A DNA stretch of 64,000 nt from Leptospiraceae bacterium (GTDB lineage: Bacteria > Spirochaetota > Leptospiria > Leptospirales > Leptonemataceae): the NCBI GenBank assembly GCA_040217195.1, contig JAVJNR010000004.1:448001-512000 (forward strand), read 5' to 3'. The notes beneath the pieces are model-generated. The model searched no databases. It was given only the letters and a program-made list of their open reading frames with translations, and was not told the origin of the DNA. How positions within the stretch are numbered: position 1 is the stretch's first letter; each line of letters opens with the position of its first letter. The translations under genes and the position numbers were made by a program. Positions 30,062 to 39,887 of the stretch are shown here, in pieces.

Positions 30062-32134
30062 ATGGAAGGTCAAAACAAGGAATTGCGAATTCTGGCAGTG
30101 GATGATGATCCAATTGCACTCCTTGTTTATAGAAGAGTGCTCGAAAATGTCTCAAACCTTGAGACTTTCTCCACTGCCGAAAGTGCACTTGAATCTTTCC
30201 TCCAATGCCCGGCTCAGATCCTTCTTCTGGACTGGATGCTTCCTGGAATGGATGGACTGGAACTGACCAGCAGGATTCGACAGGAGCCCGGAACCGAGGA
30301 CGTACAGATACTGATCGTTACAGGCAGGGATGAAGCGGATAGTCTGGAAAAAGCGTTACAGGCAGGAGCAAATGACTACCTGGAAAAACCGGTGGCTCCA
30401 CAACAATTACTGGTTCGCATCGAAATTGCCAGACGAAACCTTGAGTTGCGAAAAAGAAAGAATGAAAGCGATAGTAAAGGCGCTCTTATGCTGCAGGTAT
30501 TCGATAACAGTATGCATGCCATACTGATTACGGACAGAGAGAATCGGATTATCTATACCAATCGGGCTTTTTCCAGCATTACCGGCTACGAACAGGACGA
30601 GGCCCTGGGCCAGAAGCCTTCTTTTCTAAGTTCAAATTTTCACAGTGCTGCCTTCTATGAACAACTCTGGGAATCCGTAAACGAACATGGCGGTTGGCAG
30701 GGAGAAATCTGGAACAAGCGAAAAAATGGTGAGATTTATCCAGAGTGGCTGGAGATCTCCACAGTGATCAACGAAAATCGAGAGCTGACTCATTTCATTG
30801 CACACTTTTCGGACATTTCTCAGAAAAAAGAACACGAAGAACAACTTAGATTCCTGGCATCCTATGACACTCTGACCGGATTGCCTAACCGGACTCATTT
30901 TCTGGAGATCCTGGACAGGTCCCTGCAACGCTGCCGAGAAAGCCATGATCAGGGAGCCATCCTGTTTATGGACCTGGATCGCTTCCAGGTGATTAACGAT
31001 ACTCTGTCCCATGGTTCCGGGGATCTATTGTTGCGGCAGGTCAGTGATCGTTTAAGAACTCAGATTGGACCGGCAGATACTCTATCTCGTACTGGAGGCG
31101 ATGAATTCACAATTCTGCTGGAGCAATTGCACTCTGTAGAGGAGCCAATTCAGAAGGTGGAAGCTCTGATGGCAGAATTCAGCAAACCGTTTTACATTCA
31201 GGACCAGGAAATATATATCTCTGCCAGTACCGGTATTTGTGTTTTTCCCAACGATGGTGATGATTCCGCCACCCTTCTTCGAAAAGTGGATATGGCCATG
31301 TATCGAGCCAAGGAAACCGGTCGAAATACATATCACTTCTATTCCCCTGAAATTAATACCAGAGCCTTTGAGCACCTTGCACTGGAGGCCAGTCTGCGCC
31401 GGGCCATTGAACGGGATGAATTCGTTCTGCATTACCAGCCATTGATCTCCTCGGAGGATTCAGCTATTGTTGCTGCAGAAGCACTGATCCGCTGGGAACA
31501 CCCGGAACTGGGAATGGTGCCTCCCGGTCGATTTATCCCCATGGCCGAAGAAAACGGACTCATAGTTGCCATGGGTGAGATTGTGATGCAAAAGGCCTGC
31601 GAAGCGTTCAGGGAGTTACACTCCCAGGGACTGATGCTGGACTACATTTCTGTAAATGTTTCAGCCAGGCAGTTTTTTCAGGAAGGATTTCTGGAGATGA
31701 TAGATAAGACTCTTGAAAGAACAGGAATGAATGCAAGAAATCTGGAACTGGAACTTACAGAAAGCGCCTTCATACAGGATGTGGACCGTACCGTAGAACT
31801 TCTGGATCAGCTGCGAAGCAGAGGACTGCATCTGGCCATCGATGACTTTGGGACCGGCTTTTCCTCGCTTAGCTATCTGAAACGATTTCCGCTGGATACA
31901 CTTAAGATCGATCAGTCTTTCATAAGGGACATACATCAAAACAAAGACGATATGGCTATTGTGCGAGCCATCATCGCACTGGCACGGGTAATGAAACTTC
32001 GTATTGTCGCGGAAGGGGTGGAAACTGAAGAGCAGGCATCCATACTCAAAAAAGAAGGATGCAATATATTGCAGGGTTATTACTATTCCCGTCCATTGGC
32101 CTTTGCAGATTTTCGCGCATTTCTTTCCAGATAA
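30062..32134 (+). CDS. REC-PAS-GGDEF-EAL diguanylate cyclase/phosphodiesterase
   Basis: Receiver (VDDD, LDWMLPG), PAS (WQGEIWNKRKNGE), intact GGDEF, and EAL motifs EALIRW, DDFGTG and QGYYYSRP. Confidence 0.96.
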   Translation: MEGQNKELRILAVDDDPIALLVYRRVLENVSNLETFSTAESALESFLQCPAQILLLDWMLPGMDGLELTSRIRQEPGTEDVQILIVTGRDEADSLEKALQAGANDYLEKPVAPQQLLVRIEIARRNLELRKRKNESDSKGALMLQVFDNSMHAILITDRENRIIYTNRAFSSITGYEQDEALGQKPSFLSSNFHSAAFYEQLWESVNEHGGWQGEIWNKRKNGEIYPEWLEISTVINENRELTHFIAHFSDISQKKEHEEQLRFLASYDTLTGLPNRTHFLEILDRSLQRCRESHDQGAILFMDLDRFQVINDTLSHGSGDLLLRQVSDRLRTQIGPADTLSRTGGDEFTILLEQLHSVEEPIQKVEALMAEFSKPFYIQDQEIYISASTGICVFPNDGDDSATLLRKVDMAMYRAKETGRNTYHFYSPEINTRAFEHLALEASLRRAIERDEFVLHYQPLISSEDSAIVAAEALIRWEHPELGMVPPGRFIPMAEENGLIVAMGEIVMQKACEAFRELHSQGLMLDYISVNVSARQFFQEGFLEMIDKTLERTGMNARNLELELTESAFIQDVDRTVELLDQLRSRGLHLAIDDFGTGFSSLSYLKRFPLDTLKIDQSFIRDIHQNKDDMAIVRAIIALARVMKLRIVAEGVETEEQASILKKEGCNILQGYYYSRPLAFADFRAFLSR

Positions 32135-32168
32135 CTTCCCGGATTCTTTCAGGAGTCCTGAATCTGTA

Positions 32169-32957
32169 TCAGGACAGTCCTTGCAGGCCAGACAATATTC
32201 CTGAATAGAATTCCTGCTGTTCGAGTATTGTCGATTCAGTTCCTAACCAGGCCTGCCAATCGTTATCATGATGATCCGGTCGAAGCTCAGCAGCCATGCG
32301 CAGAAAAGCCCTGTAATGGCCCACTTCGGATTCCAGCAGGTTGGAATACATGTCTGCCATATCTGCGATCAGCGAATCTCTGCTCTCTTCAGATTGTTTG
32401 TTCTCTGAAACCTTTTGCTCACAACCACGGACAAGCTGAATGAATCGTTCGCAACTTCTAGCTTCTATTAATGCTGCCACATACAACCTGTCAGTAAGCT
32501 CAGCTCTGCCAGCTCCTTTTCGCACCCGTGCATGCAGTTGACCTGCATAAGGATTTCTGTGGTTCCGGCTGACCTGAAATCCTCGTTTTAGCATGAAGTG
32601 CGATACAAGTCTTAAATGCTCGGATTCATCGGCGGCGATGGAGGTGAAGGCGCGTACCCAGAAATCTGGTGGTTCTCCATGAGGCCAGCGAAACAATAAT
32701 TCCAGTGCATTGGCAGCTGCCTTTTTCTCAAGATGTGCATGATCATTCAAGACAGACACTGGTTCGTTAAGTGCCTGCAGAGCCCATTGCGGCGGAGTGA
32801 ATGATCGCAGAGGAAGTTCCTGCAACACTGAATTCAGATAGTCCGGCCCACTATCGGGTACAGATGAAAAATCTGAATGCAAATACTGGCGGGACATCAC
32901 TTCCGCCCCTGGTTTAGAAAATTCCATGCAAGGGCCCTCCCGGGGCTGCCAGTTCAT
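32169..32957 (-). CDS. miaE: tRNA-(ms2io6A) hydroxylase MiaE (di-iron)
   Basis: DHAHLEKKAA, DESEH, IEARSCERF, SEVGHY. True start is probably downstream of 32914. Confidence 0.85.
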   Translation of the reverse strand: MNWQPREGPCMEFSKPGAEVMSRQYLHSDFSSVPDSGPDYLNSVLQELPLRSFTPPQWALQALNEPVSVLNDHAHLEKKAAANALELLFRWPHGEPPDFWVRAFTSIAADESEHLRLVSHFMLKRGFQVSRNHRNPYAGQLHARVRKGAGRAELTDRLYVAALIEARSCERFIQLVRGCEQKVSENKQSEESRDSLIADMADMYSNLLESEVGHYRAFLRMAAELRPDHHDNDWQAWLGTESTILEQQEFYSGILSGLQGLS

Positions 32958-34773
32958 CTACTCTTTGCACTACTTTCGGATCGGATTCAAGAGGAGGAGC
33001 ATGGTGGGGTTTTATTCGTGCATCTATGATAAGTGGGCCATGACAGCCCCAATGCTTGAACTCCACAAAGCTATCCACTCCATAGATATCATGGGAGGGA
33101 TTCGAACGAGTAAATGTAACCCATAGAAAGTTGTCCAGGTTTCGCGCCGTGAACTCCGAGTCGTCGCTGACTACAATCATTGGAAAGGATTGTAATTTTT
33201 CCTTCTGGCCGGACAGTCGATTACAAAGATCATCGATATGGATACGATCTGCCTCGGATCGAAACGCAGGTCCTTTGAAAGAGAGCACTCCAGGAAAGAT
33301 TACCCGTGGATCTGACATGGTTTCCGGAAGTTGAATTTCGGGTACATCGCTTCCCAGTTTTCTTTTTACTTCGCCGGCGGCTGCAATGACTACGCGAGAG
33401 CCCTGATTGATTCCCACCCCGCTGTAATCCAGGGTATCCATGGTAGTACTGGTTTGAAAATGGAGGTCCCGGCTCCAATCCACTCGAGACAGCATATGAC
33501 AGAAGAAATCCTCCATATGATGCGTATCCAAATCTGGATTATCCTGATAAGCCGCAATCCAGAGATACTTAGCAAGCGAGGCCTGACCAAAACCAAGGAT
33601 TGCATTTGCCACCGTCAGAATCTCAGCCGGTCTTCTCTCGGACTCGTATGGAGTGTATCGCTCTTCACCGATTGCTATCATCAATGGATGAACTCCGGCC
33701 TGATCTACAGCATGCATGGAGCGAAGACCTGGAATGGATACTGGTACCATGGGACCGGTGAGCTCATGGATCATGGAGCCAAAGATAGTGTCCTCCTGAG
33801 GTGGCCGTCCCACAACAGTGAATGGCCAGATAGCATTCTTGCGATGATATACAGAAGTTATGCGAAGTGCTGGAAAGTCATGGGTAAGGCTGTAGTAACC
33901 CAGGTGATCTCCAAAAGGCCCTTCCGGCAGTAGTTGTGGATCCACAATGCCGGTAATGCAGAAATCAGCATCCGCAGAGACCACAGATCGAACCCTGGAT
34001 TCGGAATCCTTATCTCTGTGGCGATCCACTGAATAGCGAAAGGCTCTACCTGCCAGAGCCCCTGCGAAAGCAACCTCCGGCAATCCCTCCGGAAGCGGCA
34101 TTACAGCAGAAAATGTATGAGCAGGAGGACCGCCAACAAAGATGCTCACTGGAAACGGTCTTCCCTTTTCTATTGCACGACTGTGATGTACTCCTATGCC
34201 TCGATGGATCTGATAATGCAGCCCGATTTGCTCATTGGTTCTGTACTGATTGCCGGCCATTTGCACTCTGTACATACCCAGATTGGATTTCATCACACCT
34301 GGTTTGAATGCATCTTCGGTATACACCTGAGGCAGAGTAATAAAGGGTCCACCATCGTCTGGCCAGGATTTGATAAAAGGCAATCGATCGATGGTTGTGC
34401 GACGATAGCGCACCGCCCCTCCTGGCACTCTTCGAGGAAGTGCATTGAAGCCCGCGCGCATGGCATAATAAAGATTCATGGGATTCTTGAATGCGCTGGT
34501 AGGATCCGCCTTGAGTCCTATAAGGGATTGGACTCGGCGAATGGTTTTGCGAAATATGAACCTTGCCCGATCCATGGTACCAAAAAGGTTGGACACGGCA
34601 GGGAAATCCGATCCTCGAACCCGTTCGAAAAGTATGGCAGGACCACCGGCAGCAAATACACGACGGTGTATCTCCGCCATCTCAAGATCCGGGTCCACTT
34701 CCTGTTTTATGCGAATTAGATGAGAATTCTTTTCTAGATCCTTAACACAATCGCGAATACTTTTATAGGCCAT
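32914..34773 (-). CDS. UbiD-family prFMN-dependent decarboxylase (menaquinone-biosynthesis type likely)
   Basis: NLFGT, WPDDGG, NLGMYR, PEGPFGDHLGYY, VVGRPPQED, DTLDYS, IIDARIK. Confidence 0.9.
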   Translation of the reverse strand: MAYKSIRDCVKDLEKNSHLIRIKQEVDPDLEMAEIHRRVFAAGGPAILFERVRGSDFPAVSNLFGTMDRARFIFRKTIRRVQSLIGLKADPTSAFKNPMNLYYAMRAGFNALPRRVPGGAVRYRRTTIDRLPFIKSWPDDGGPFITLPQVYTEDAFKPGVMKSNLGMYRVQMAGNQYRTNEQIGLHYQIHRGIGVHHSRAIEKGRPFPVSIFVGGPPAHTFSAVMPLPEGLPEVAFAGALAGRAFRYSVDRHRDKDSESRVRSVVSADADFCITGIVDPQLLPEGPFGDHLGYYSLTHDFPALRITSVYHRKNAIWPFTVVGRPPQEDTIFGSMIHELTGPMVPVSIPGLRSMHAVDQAGVHPLMIAIGEERYTPYESERRPAEILTVANAILGFGQASLAKYLWIAAYQDNPDLDTHHMEDFFCHMLSRVDWSRDLHFQTSTTMDTLDYSGVGINQGSRVVIAAAGEVKRKLGSDVPEIQLPETMSDPRVIFPGVLSFKGPAFRSEADRIHIDDLCNRLSGQKEKLQSFPMIVVSDDSEFTARNLDNFLWVTFTRSNPSHDIYGVDSFVEFKHWGCHGPLIIDARIKPHHAPPLESDPKVVQRVDELAAPGGPLHGIF

Positions 34774-34778
34774 GTAGG

Positions 34779-34807
34779 AAGTTAGAGAAAGCCGGTGGCC
34801 TCAGCAA
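34779..34807 (-). promoter_or_regulatory. Putative sigma-70 promoter giving a leaderless UbiD transcript
   Basis: Minus strand TTGCTG-N17-TAACTT-N5-ATG(34773); no SD. Confidence 0.5.
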
Positions 34808-34880
34808 GCAAGTGAAATCCCAGCACCGCTGAATTCAGTGGAATAAATCCTGACAGCAATGCGGTATCTCCGTCCAGGCC

Positions 34881-35567
34881 TCAGAAGAAACGCTTCAGCG
34901 CTTCCACAGCATAGTTTCTATACATAGAATCCTCTATAGCATGATCTGGCTTGGGATGACTCCCTACCAGATACTCCAGATGTTCCCTGGCATTATCCTT
35001 CTTGCCCATATCCAGATAAAGTTCCGCAAGAAAGGATCGGTTGTTGAAGAATTCAGGTGCCAGCTCCACCGCTCTTTCAAGGTGCTCTGCGGCTTTATTT
35101 TTGTTTCCTACGGAAATTGGCCAGCCCGGCGCCTGGTGAAACAAGCGGCCCAGGGCTCTATGCGGTCCGGCAAAAAAGAAGTTTTCATTCTCCTTTAGAA
35201 CCACTTCCATAGATTTTTTGAACGGGTCAATACTGGCTAGTGAAGCCATTATTCCCTGACAGATTCCCAGCTGACCTGCATTGGAGGCGTACCAGAAATT
35301 GCCATAGATAGCCCTTGGATTCATATTTATGGCTTCTTTGCCAAAATTGGTTCCATGTTCATAGAAGAGTTCTCGTTTCTGATCATCTTTAGTAAAAAGC
35401 CCTCTGTAGAAGTACACGCTACTTAATTTACCACATATCAAATCTTCATCGGGATGCTCGGCCCTTAAGGAGAGCAGCGCCTTTTCTGCTTTCTCCAGGT
35501 TTCCTTCACTTTCCCGCTGGTCGATCCAGTGATTAATGTCTGTAAGCTTTCCCTTGATTTCACTCAT
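34881..35567 (-). CDS. TPR-repeat protein (TatT-like helical repeats)
   Basis: Helical repeats, e.g. HRALGRLFHQAPGWPISVGNKNKAAEHLERAVELAP...LAELY. SD upstream. Confidence 0.75.
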   Translation of the reverse strand: MSEIKGKLTDINHWIDQRESEGNLEKAEKALLSLRAEHPDEDLICGKLSSVYFYRGLFTKDDQKRELFYEHGTNFGKEAINMNPRAIYGNFWYASNAGQLGICQGIMASLASIDPFKKSMEVVLKENENFFFAGPHRALGRLFHQAPGWPISVGNKNKAAEHLERAVELAPEFFNNRSFLAELYLDMGKKDNAREHLEYLVGSHPKPDHAIEDSMYRNYAVEALKRFF

Positions 35568-35640
35568 CGAATTCTCCCTTTCTCTGGTACTTTCCTGTTT
35601 TTGAATTACTATGCGAAAGCGGTTAGACTTAATCAGAGAT

Positions 35641-36924
35641 TCAGTCTATGGCATCTTCGCCCACATCAAATGGTTCAACGATGGACGATGTTAGATCTTC
35701 CATTCCATGAAGTAGTCCTGCAATATCCTTTCTTATTCTCTCAGTGACCTTTTCTACAGTGGCCTTTTTATTTTTCTTGTAATCTCCCATATAGTCAGCC
35801 AGATCAAAAGCTGGAGCAAATCGCACATGCGCCGTTCGTGGCAGTATGGAGGGCTCCCCTCCGATCATTCGGGGCTTCCTCCTGTAAACATAGGTCTCAA
35901 ACCTGGTAAGCCATTCAAAGAATCGTTCCGGGGTAGGATTGGAGATAAGATAATCTTTCTTGATTACGATGAAGTCAAAAGCGGCGAGAATTTCACGCAG
36001 CATCCAGTCTCTATCATCTTCGCTCAAATCCGGAACAGAGGGATCCGGATAATTCAATACGATGAGCTCATAAGCAGAGATTACCTGCCGGAGTTTCTGA
36101 ATGGCATCGCCGCCGGCATCAAAGTTTTTCAGGTTAAATCTTTCAGCAATACCGTCCAGGATCTTATGTCTTAGCCTACCAATACGATAATCAAACCCCC
36201 GGGAAGATTCTAGAGGGATCTGGTATTCCTGTTCTGCTTTTTCCAGAAGAACTCGGCCTACGGTCAAGAAGCGACGGAGTAGATTCTTAGGACCAGGATC
36301 AATTTTGAGGATTTTTTCCAGCTTTCCAATATGCGTATGAAGAGTTTTATGAACTTCGTTCGCATTACTGCGAATGGTATATTTTACCGCAGCAGGTAGT
36401 ATGACCAGAGAAGCATTGGGATCATCTTTCCTTGCATCGTCCAGCCCCCAGAAACCTAGTTGTACAGCGCCAGGTTGAAAAGGCATAAGCGAATCGTTCT
36501 CCCCGCTGGTGGGCTCCCCCTCTGGATAAATAACAAGTTTTCCTTTATCCTTTCTCAGTATCTCTCTAGACATTTTCAGGGATTCCCGGTCTGCAATACC
36601 TGCGATGACCGAATAAGCTCCTACCTGACGAATCACTTCGCCGATCAGACCTCCCGTCCAATCAAACACCTGCCTGGAGGCCATGAAATTGAAGCGCGAC
36701 CCCATAACCCTGGAAATAGCCAGAGTAACTGGCGGTTCCGCCGTAGATGGATGGTTTAGAGCCATGAGAATCCGTTTGTCCCGGAGGCTGCGGAGCTTTT
36801 CCCGATCGCCGGGAAGAATATCTATTTGTTCTATATTCTGTAGTATCTTTAGTATTGGCCATTCAAGGAGATCGGCAGCCCATAATAGAGGAAGGTTGAA
36901 AGACGGACCTATAAAGGCTTGCAT
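35641..36924 (-). CDS. Lysophospholipid (1-acyl-G3P) acyltransferase family protein
   Basis: NHPSTAEP (HxxxxD variant with Glu), FMASRQVF, LVIYPEGE. SD AGGAG. Confidence 0.85.
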   Translation of the reverse strand: MQAFIGPSFNLPLLWAADLLEWPILKILQNIEQIDILPGDREKLRSLRDKRILMALNHPSTAEPPVTLAISRVMGSRFNFMASRQVFDWTGGLIGEVIRQVGAYSVIAGIADRESLKMSREILRKDKGKLVIYPEGEPTSGENDSLMPFQPGAVQLGFWGLDDARKDDPNASLVILPAAVKYTIRSNANEVHKTLHTHIGKLEKILKIDPGPKNLLRRFLTVGRVLLEKAEQEYQIPLESSRGFDYRIGRLRHKILDGIAERFNLKNFDAGGDAIQKLRQVISAYELIVLNYPDPSVPDLSEDDRDWMLREILAAFDFIVIKKDYLISNPTPERFFEWLTRFETYVYRRKPRMIGGEPSILPRTAHVRFAPAFDLADYMGDYKKNKKATVEKVTERIRKDIAGLLHGMEDLTSSIVEPFDVGEDAID

Positions 36925-36946
36925 GAATCACTCCTGAAAATCGTAT

Positions 36947-37444
36947 GTGTATGTAGGGTTCGCTACACTGGAAAAAACCTCCAGGGCGAACCACAGAGGC
37001 ATGTTTCTAGTCGCGAACCAGGAACTGTCAATCCGAAATACCGGCAGTAGAAGATGCTACGGCAACAGGGCCGATAGTCCATCAAAGGAGGAAGTTCTGT
37101 CACAGGAAAAAAGACAATATCCGAGGCTTCCGTTTAGACGGCAGCTCACTATTTTTGCTGAGTCTCCGCAGCTGAAAAAGACCATCGAATACGACGCCAC
37201 TGGAATCAATATTTCCCGGGGGGGTATCCTTCTGGAAAGTCGTGCGGACTTTGCAGAAAGTACCCGGTGCTCCATTATGTTTCATGACTTGAACGATGCG
37301 AATGTAACAAGAACTGGTTTAATTCGCAGAGTGGAGACCCCGGAAGGGATGCCCCTTCCAGATGCCGTTAGAATGTACGGAATTGAATTTGATGAACTGG
37401 TTTCCCAGGAAGCTCTGGCTACCATGGTTGGCCACAAAGAATAA
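36947..37444 (+). CDS. PilZ domain protein
   Basis: RQYPR (RxxxR), NISRGG (D/NxSxxG) and YGIEF. Probable real start near 37097. Confidence 0.85.
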   Translation: MYVGFATLEKTSRANHRGMFLVANQELSIRNTGSRRCYGNRADSPSKEEVLSQEKRQYPRLPFRRQLTIFAESPQLKKTIEYDATGINISRGGILLESRADFAESTRCSIMFHDLNDANVTRTGLIRRVETPEGMPLPDAVRMYGIEFDELVSQEALATMVGHKE

Positions 37445-37507
37445 GCCTTCCCGGCGCTCGGTTCGCAGGCGGGAAATCATCAAAATGAACGGCGGTCAGG
37501 TAGGCCT

Positions 37508-38863
37508 TCAGTTAGGATTGCCGATTTCCTTTCCGCCCAGAAAATCCCGTATCATCAGTGCGGAGTCTTTGGGATAACGCTGCTGGGTTTTGTAATCCAC
37601 ATAAACCAGTCCAAAGCGCGGCCTGTAGCCTTCAGCCCATTCGAAGTTATCCATGTAGCTCCAGACAAAGTATCCCTTGATTTTGTCCGAAATACGCGAA
37701 GCCCTCAATGTTGCATCCATGTAGTCCTGAAGATATTTCTGACGCTCCAGATCAGCTACACGACCCTGCTTCAATAGATCGGGAAAGGCAGCACCGCTTT
37801 CCGTAACATAGATTTTCTTGATTTCCGGATAATCTGCAAACTGGAGAAGAAGCTTATACATTGAATCCGGGTAGATTTCCCAGCCCATTTCAGTAGTTTT
37901 CTCCACTCGCCTGGAAGGTTCGATTGTCTTGAACCATAGTACTGGCTGGAAAGGCCAGAACTTCACCACATCATGGATATAGTTCTGTACTCCCACAAAG
38001 TCAAAATCAAAGGCAAGTTTTTCCTCATCACCAGCTTTCGCATATTTCCAGATCTTTTTCAATCCGGGAATATCGTCTACAGGATAGCCGCGACCACAGA
38101 CCGGATCCAGAAAAAATCGGTTAAAGACTGCATCGTATCTTCTTACCGCATTTCTATGTAGTTTTGTATCTCGATAGGGGGTCGGGTAGGCGCAGGAGAA
38201 GGTAGTACCAATTTCCGCGTCTCCGGGAAGATTGGCCCGGGCAATGCGACCGCCTTCGGCCTGGGCCAGGGTAGTATGATGCGCCGCGGGAAGGAAATTT
38301 CGTAACCCCTTTCGACCCGGTGCATGTATGCCTGCAAAATGACCGACCGCGGTAAATACAAAAGGCTCATTTAGCACCATCCAGTGCTTAACAGAATCTC
38401 TGTATTCTCTGGTAATCAAATCCGCGTAGTCGCAAAATGCATGGTAGGTATCGCGGTTGGTCCAACCTCCTCGACTTTCCAGCGCTGAAGGCAGGTCCCA
38501 GTGATACATTGTAACATAGGGCTCAATGTGGCGCTTATGGCAGGCCTCAATTAAACGATGATAAAAATCCAGGCCTTTCTGATTCTTCGCACCTACACCA
38601 TAGGGTAGGATTCTTGGCCAGGAAAATGAAAATCGATAGTGCTTCAGTCCCAGATCTTTCATCAAATCAAGGTCACTTTCGAATCTATGATAGTGATCGC
38701 AGGCTTCGGCCCCGGATTCTCCACCGGATATTTTTCCTGGAGTATTGCAGAAATCATCCCAGATGGAAGGACCCTTTCCATCCTCCTGGGCAGCTCCTTC
38801 GATTTGATAGGCAGCCGTTGCTGTGCCAAAAATAAAATCTTCCGGGAAATCCGATCGCTTCAT
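37508..38863 (-). CDS. GH1 beta-glucosidase
   Basis: FGTATAAYQIEG, YRFSFSWPRI, TMYHWDLP, acid/base LNEP, nucleophile VTESG, DNFEWAEG. Confidence 0.96.
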   Translation of the reverse strand: MKRSDFPEDFIFGTATAAYQIEGAAQEDGKGPSIWDDFCNTPGKISGGESGAEACDHYHRFESDLDLMKDLGLKHYRFSFSWPRILPYGVGAKNQKGLDFYHRLIEACHKRHIEPYVTMYHWDLPSALESRGGWTNRDTYHAFCDYADLITREYRDSVKHWMVLNEPFVFTAVGHFAGIHAPGRKGLRNFLPAAHHTTLAQAEGGRIARANLPGDAEIGTTFSCAYPTPYRDTKLHRNAVRRYDAVFNRFFLDPVCGRGYPVDDIPGLKKIWKYAKAGDEEKLAFDFDFVGVQNYIHDVVKFWPFQPVLWFKTIEPSRRVEKTTEMGWEIYPDSMYKLLLQFADYPEIKKIYVTESGAAFPDLLKQGRVADLERQKYLQDYMDATLRASRISDKIKGYFVWSYMDNFEWAEGYRPRFGLVYVDYKTQQRYPKDSALMIRDFLGGKEIGNPN

Positions 38864-38948
38864 GGACCCTTAAACGTAGCCTTTCTGGCCCCATGACAAG
38901 AAGAAAAAGTACCTGACCACAGGGGCGGCCTATAAAAACTCACCTGCA

Positions 38949-39887
38949 ATGAAATTCAGAAGTGCATTTATGATTCTGCTTATGGCCGGGCTTTCCTGCA
39001 CCAGCGCTGCAAAGGAAGAGACCCCACCCGAGCCAGAACAATCCGGCCCTCTCCGAGGTATTTACCTGGATGTAAATCGCGGCCGGAACCTGGACCTGGT
39101 CCGAGGACTGATTGAGCGTGGCAAGCCCGTTGGATTGAACTATGTAGTGGTGGATGTTCAACCCTATGCCTCCTATCGATTCCTCCTGAATCCAGAGGTG
39201 ATGCAATACCTGAAATCCCAGGGCATCTATGTAACCGGGCGCGTGGTCTGTTTTCAGGATGGGCTGACCAGAAAAGCCAGCGATGCGAAATTAAAGCAAC
39301 TGTACGAACTGATCGAAAAGACGGCGGCCGCTGGATTCGATGAAGTGCAACTGGATTACATTCGATTTGCAGATGACTACACTCCCTATTCGCGCCAGCA
39401 GAAGTACGATTACATTGAAGAAATTCTAAAAGAGGCTCGAGCCATCACTGACAGACATAATGCCAAACTGGGAGCCGATGTCTTTGGTCGAGTTGTATAT
39501 AACCGGGATGACTTGATTGGCCAGAAACTGGAAAACTTTGCCAAATATGTAGATGTAATCTATCCCATGTTATACCCCAGCCATTTTACCGGGGATAGAA
39601 AAAGACTATCCAATCCTGGATTTACGATCCATGAAGGAACCACAAAGGGCCTGGATCGATTGAAAGGTACTCGCAGTACCGTGCAACCCTTCATTCAAGC
39701 CTTCGGATACAATGTTGGCTATGCTCGAATGTCTTACAAGGATTACATCATTGATCAAATTCTGGCCGCAGAGAAAACCGATGCTAGAGGTTGGGTAGCA
39801 TGGAATGCAAGAGCGGAATACGAAACCCTCTTTCAAGCGCTGGAAGAAATAGAAAAAGGTCAAGTAAACTCTTCGCCAGAAGGGTAG
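38949..39887 (+). CDS. Putative glycoside hydrolase lipoprotein (DUF4015-like TIM barrel)
   Basis: Lipobox GLSC, then RGIY, RVVCFQD, GFDEVQLDYIRF and PMLYPSHF. Confidence 0.8.
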   Translation: MKFRSAFMILLMAGLSCTSAAKEETPPEPEQSGPLRGIYLDVNRGRNLDLVRGLIERGKPVGLNYVVVDVQPYASYRFLLNPEVMQYLKSQGIYVTGRVVCFQDGLTRKASDAKLKQLYELIEKTAAAGFDEVQLDYIRFADDYTPYSRQQKYDYIEEILKEARAITDRHNAKLGADVFGRVVYNRDDLIGQKLENFAKYVDVIYPMLYPSHFTGDRKRLSNPGFTIHEGTTKGLDRLKGTRSTVQPFIQAFGYNVGYARMSYKDYIIDQILAAEKTDARGWVAWNARAEYETLFQALEEIEKGQVNSSPEG

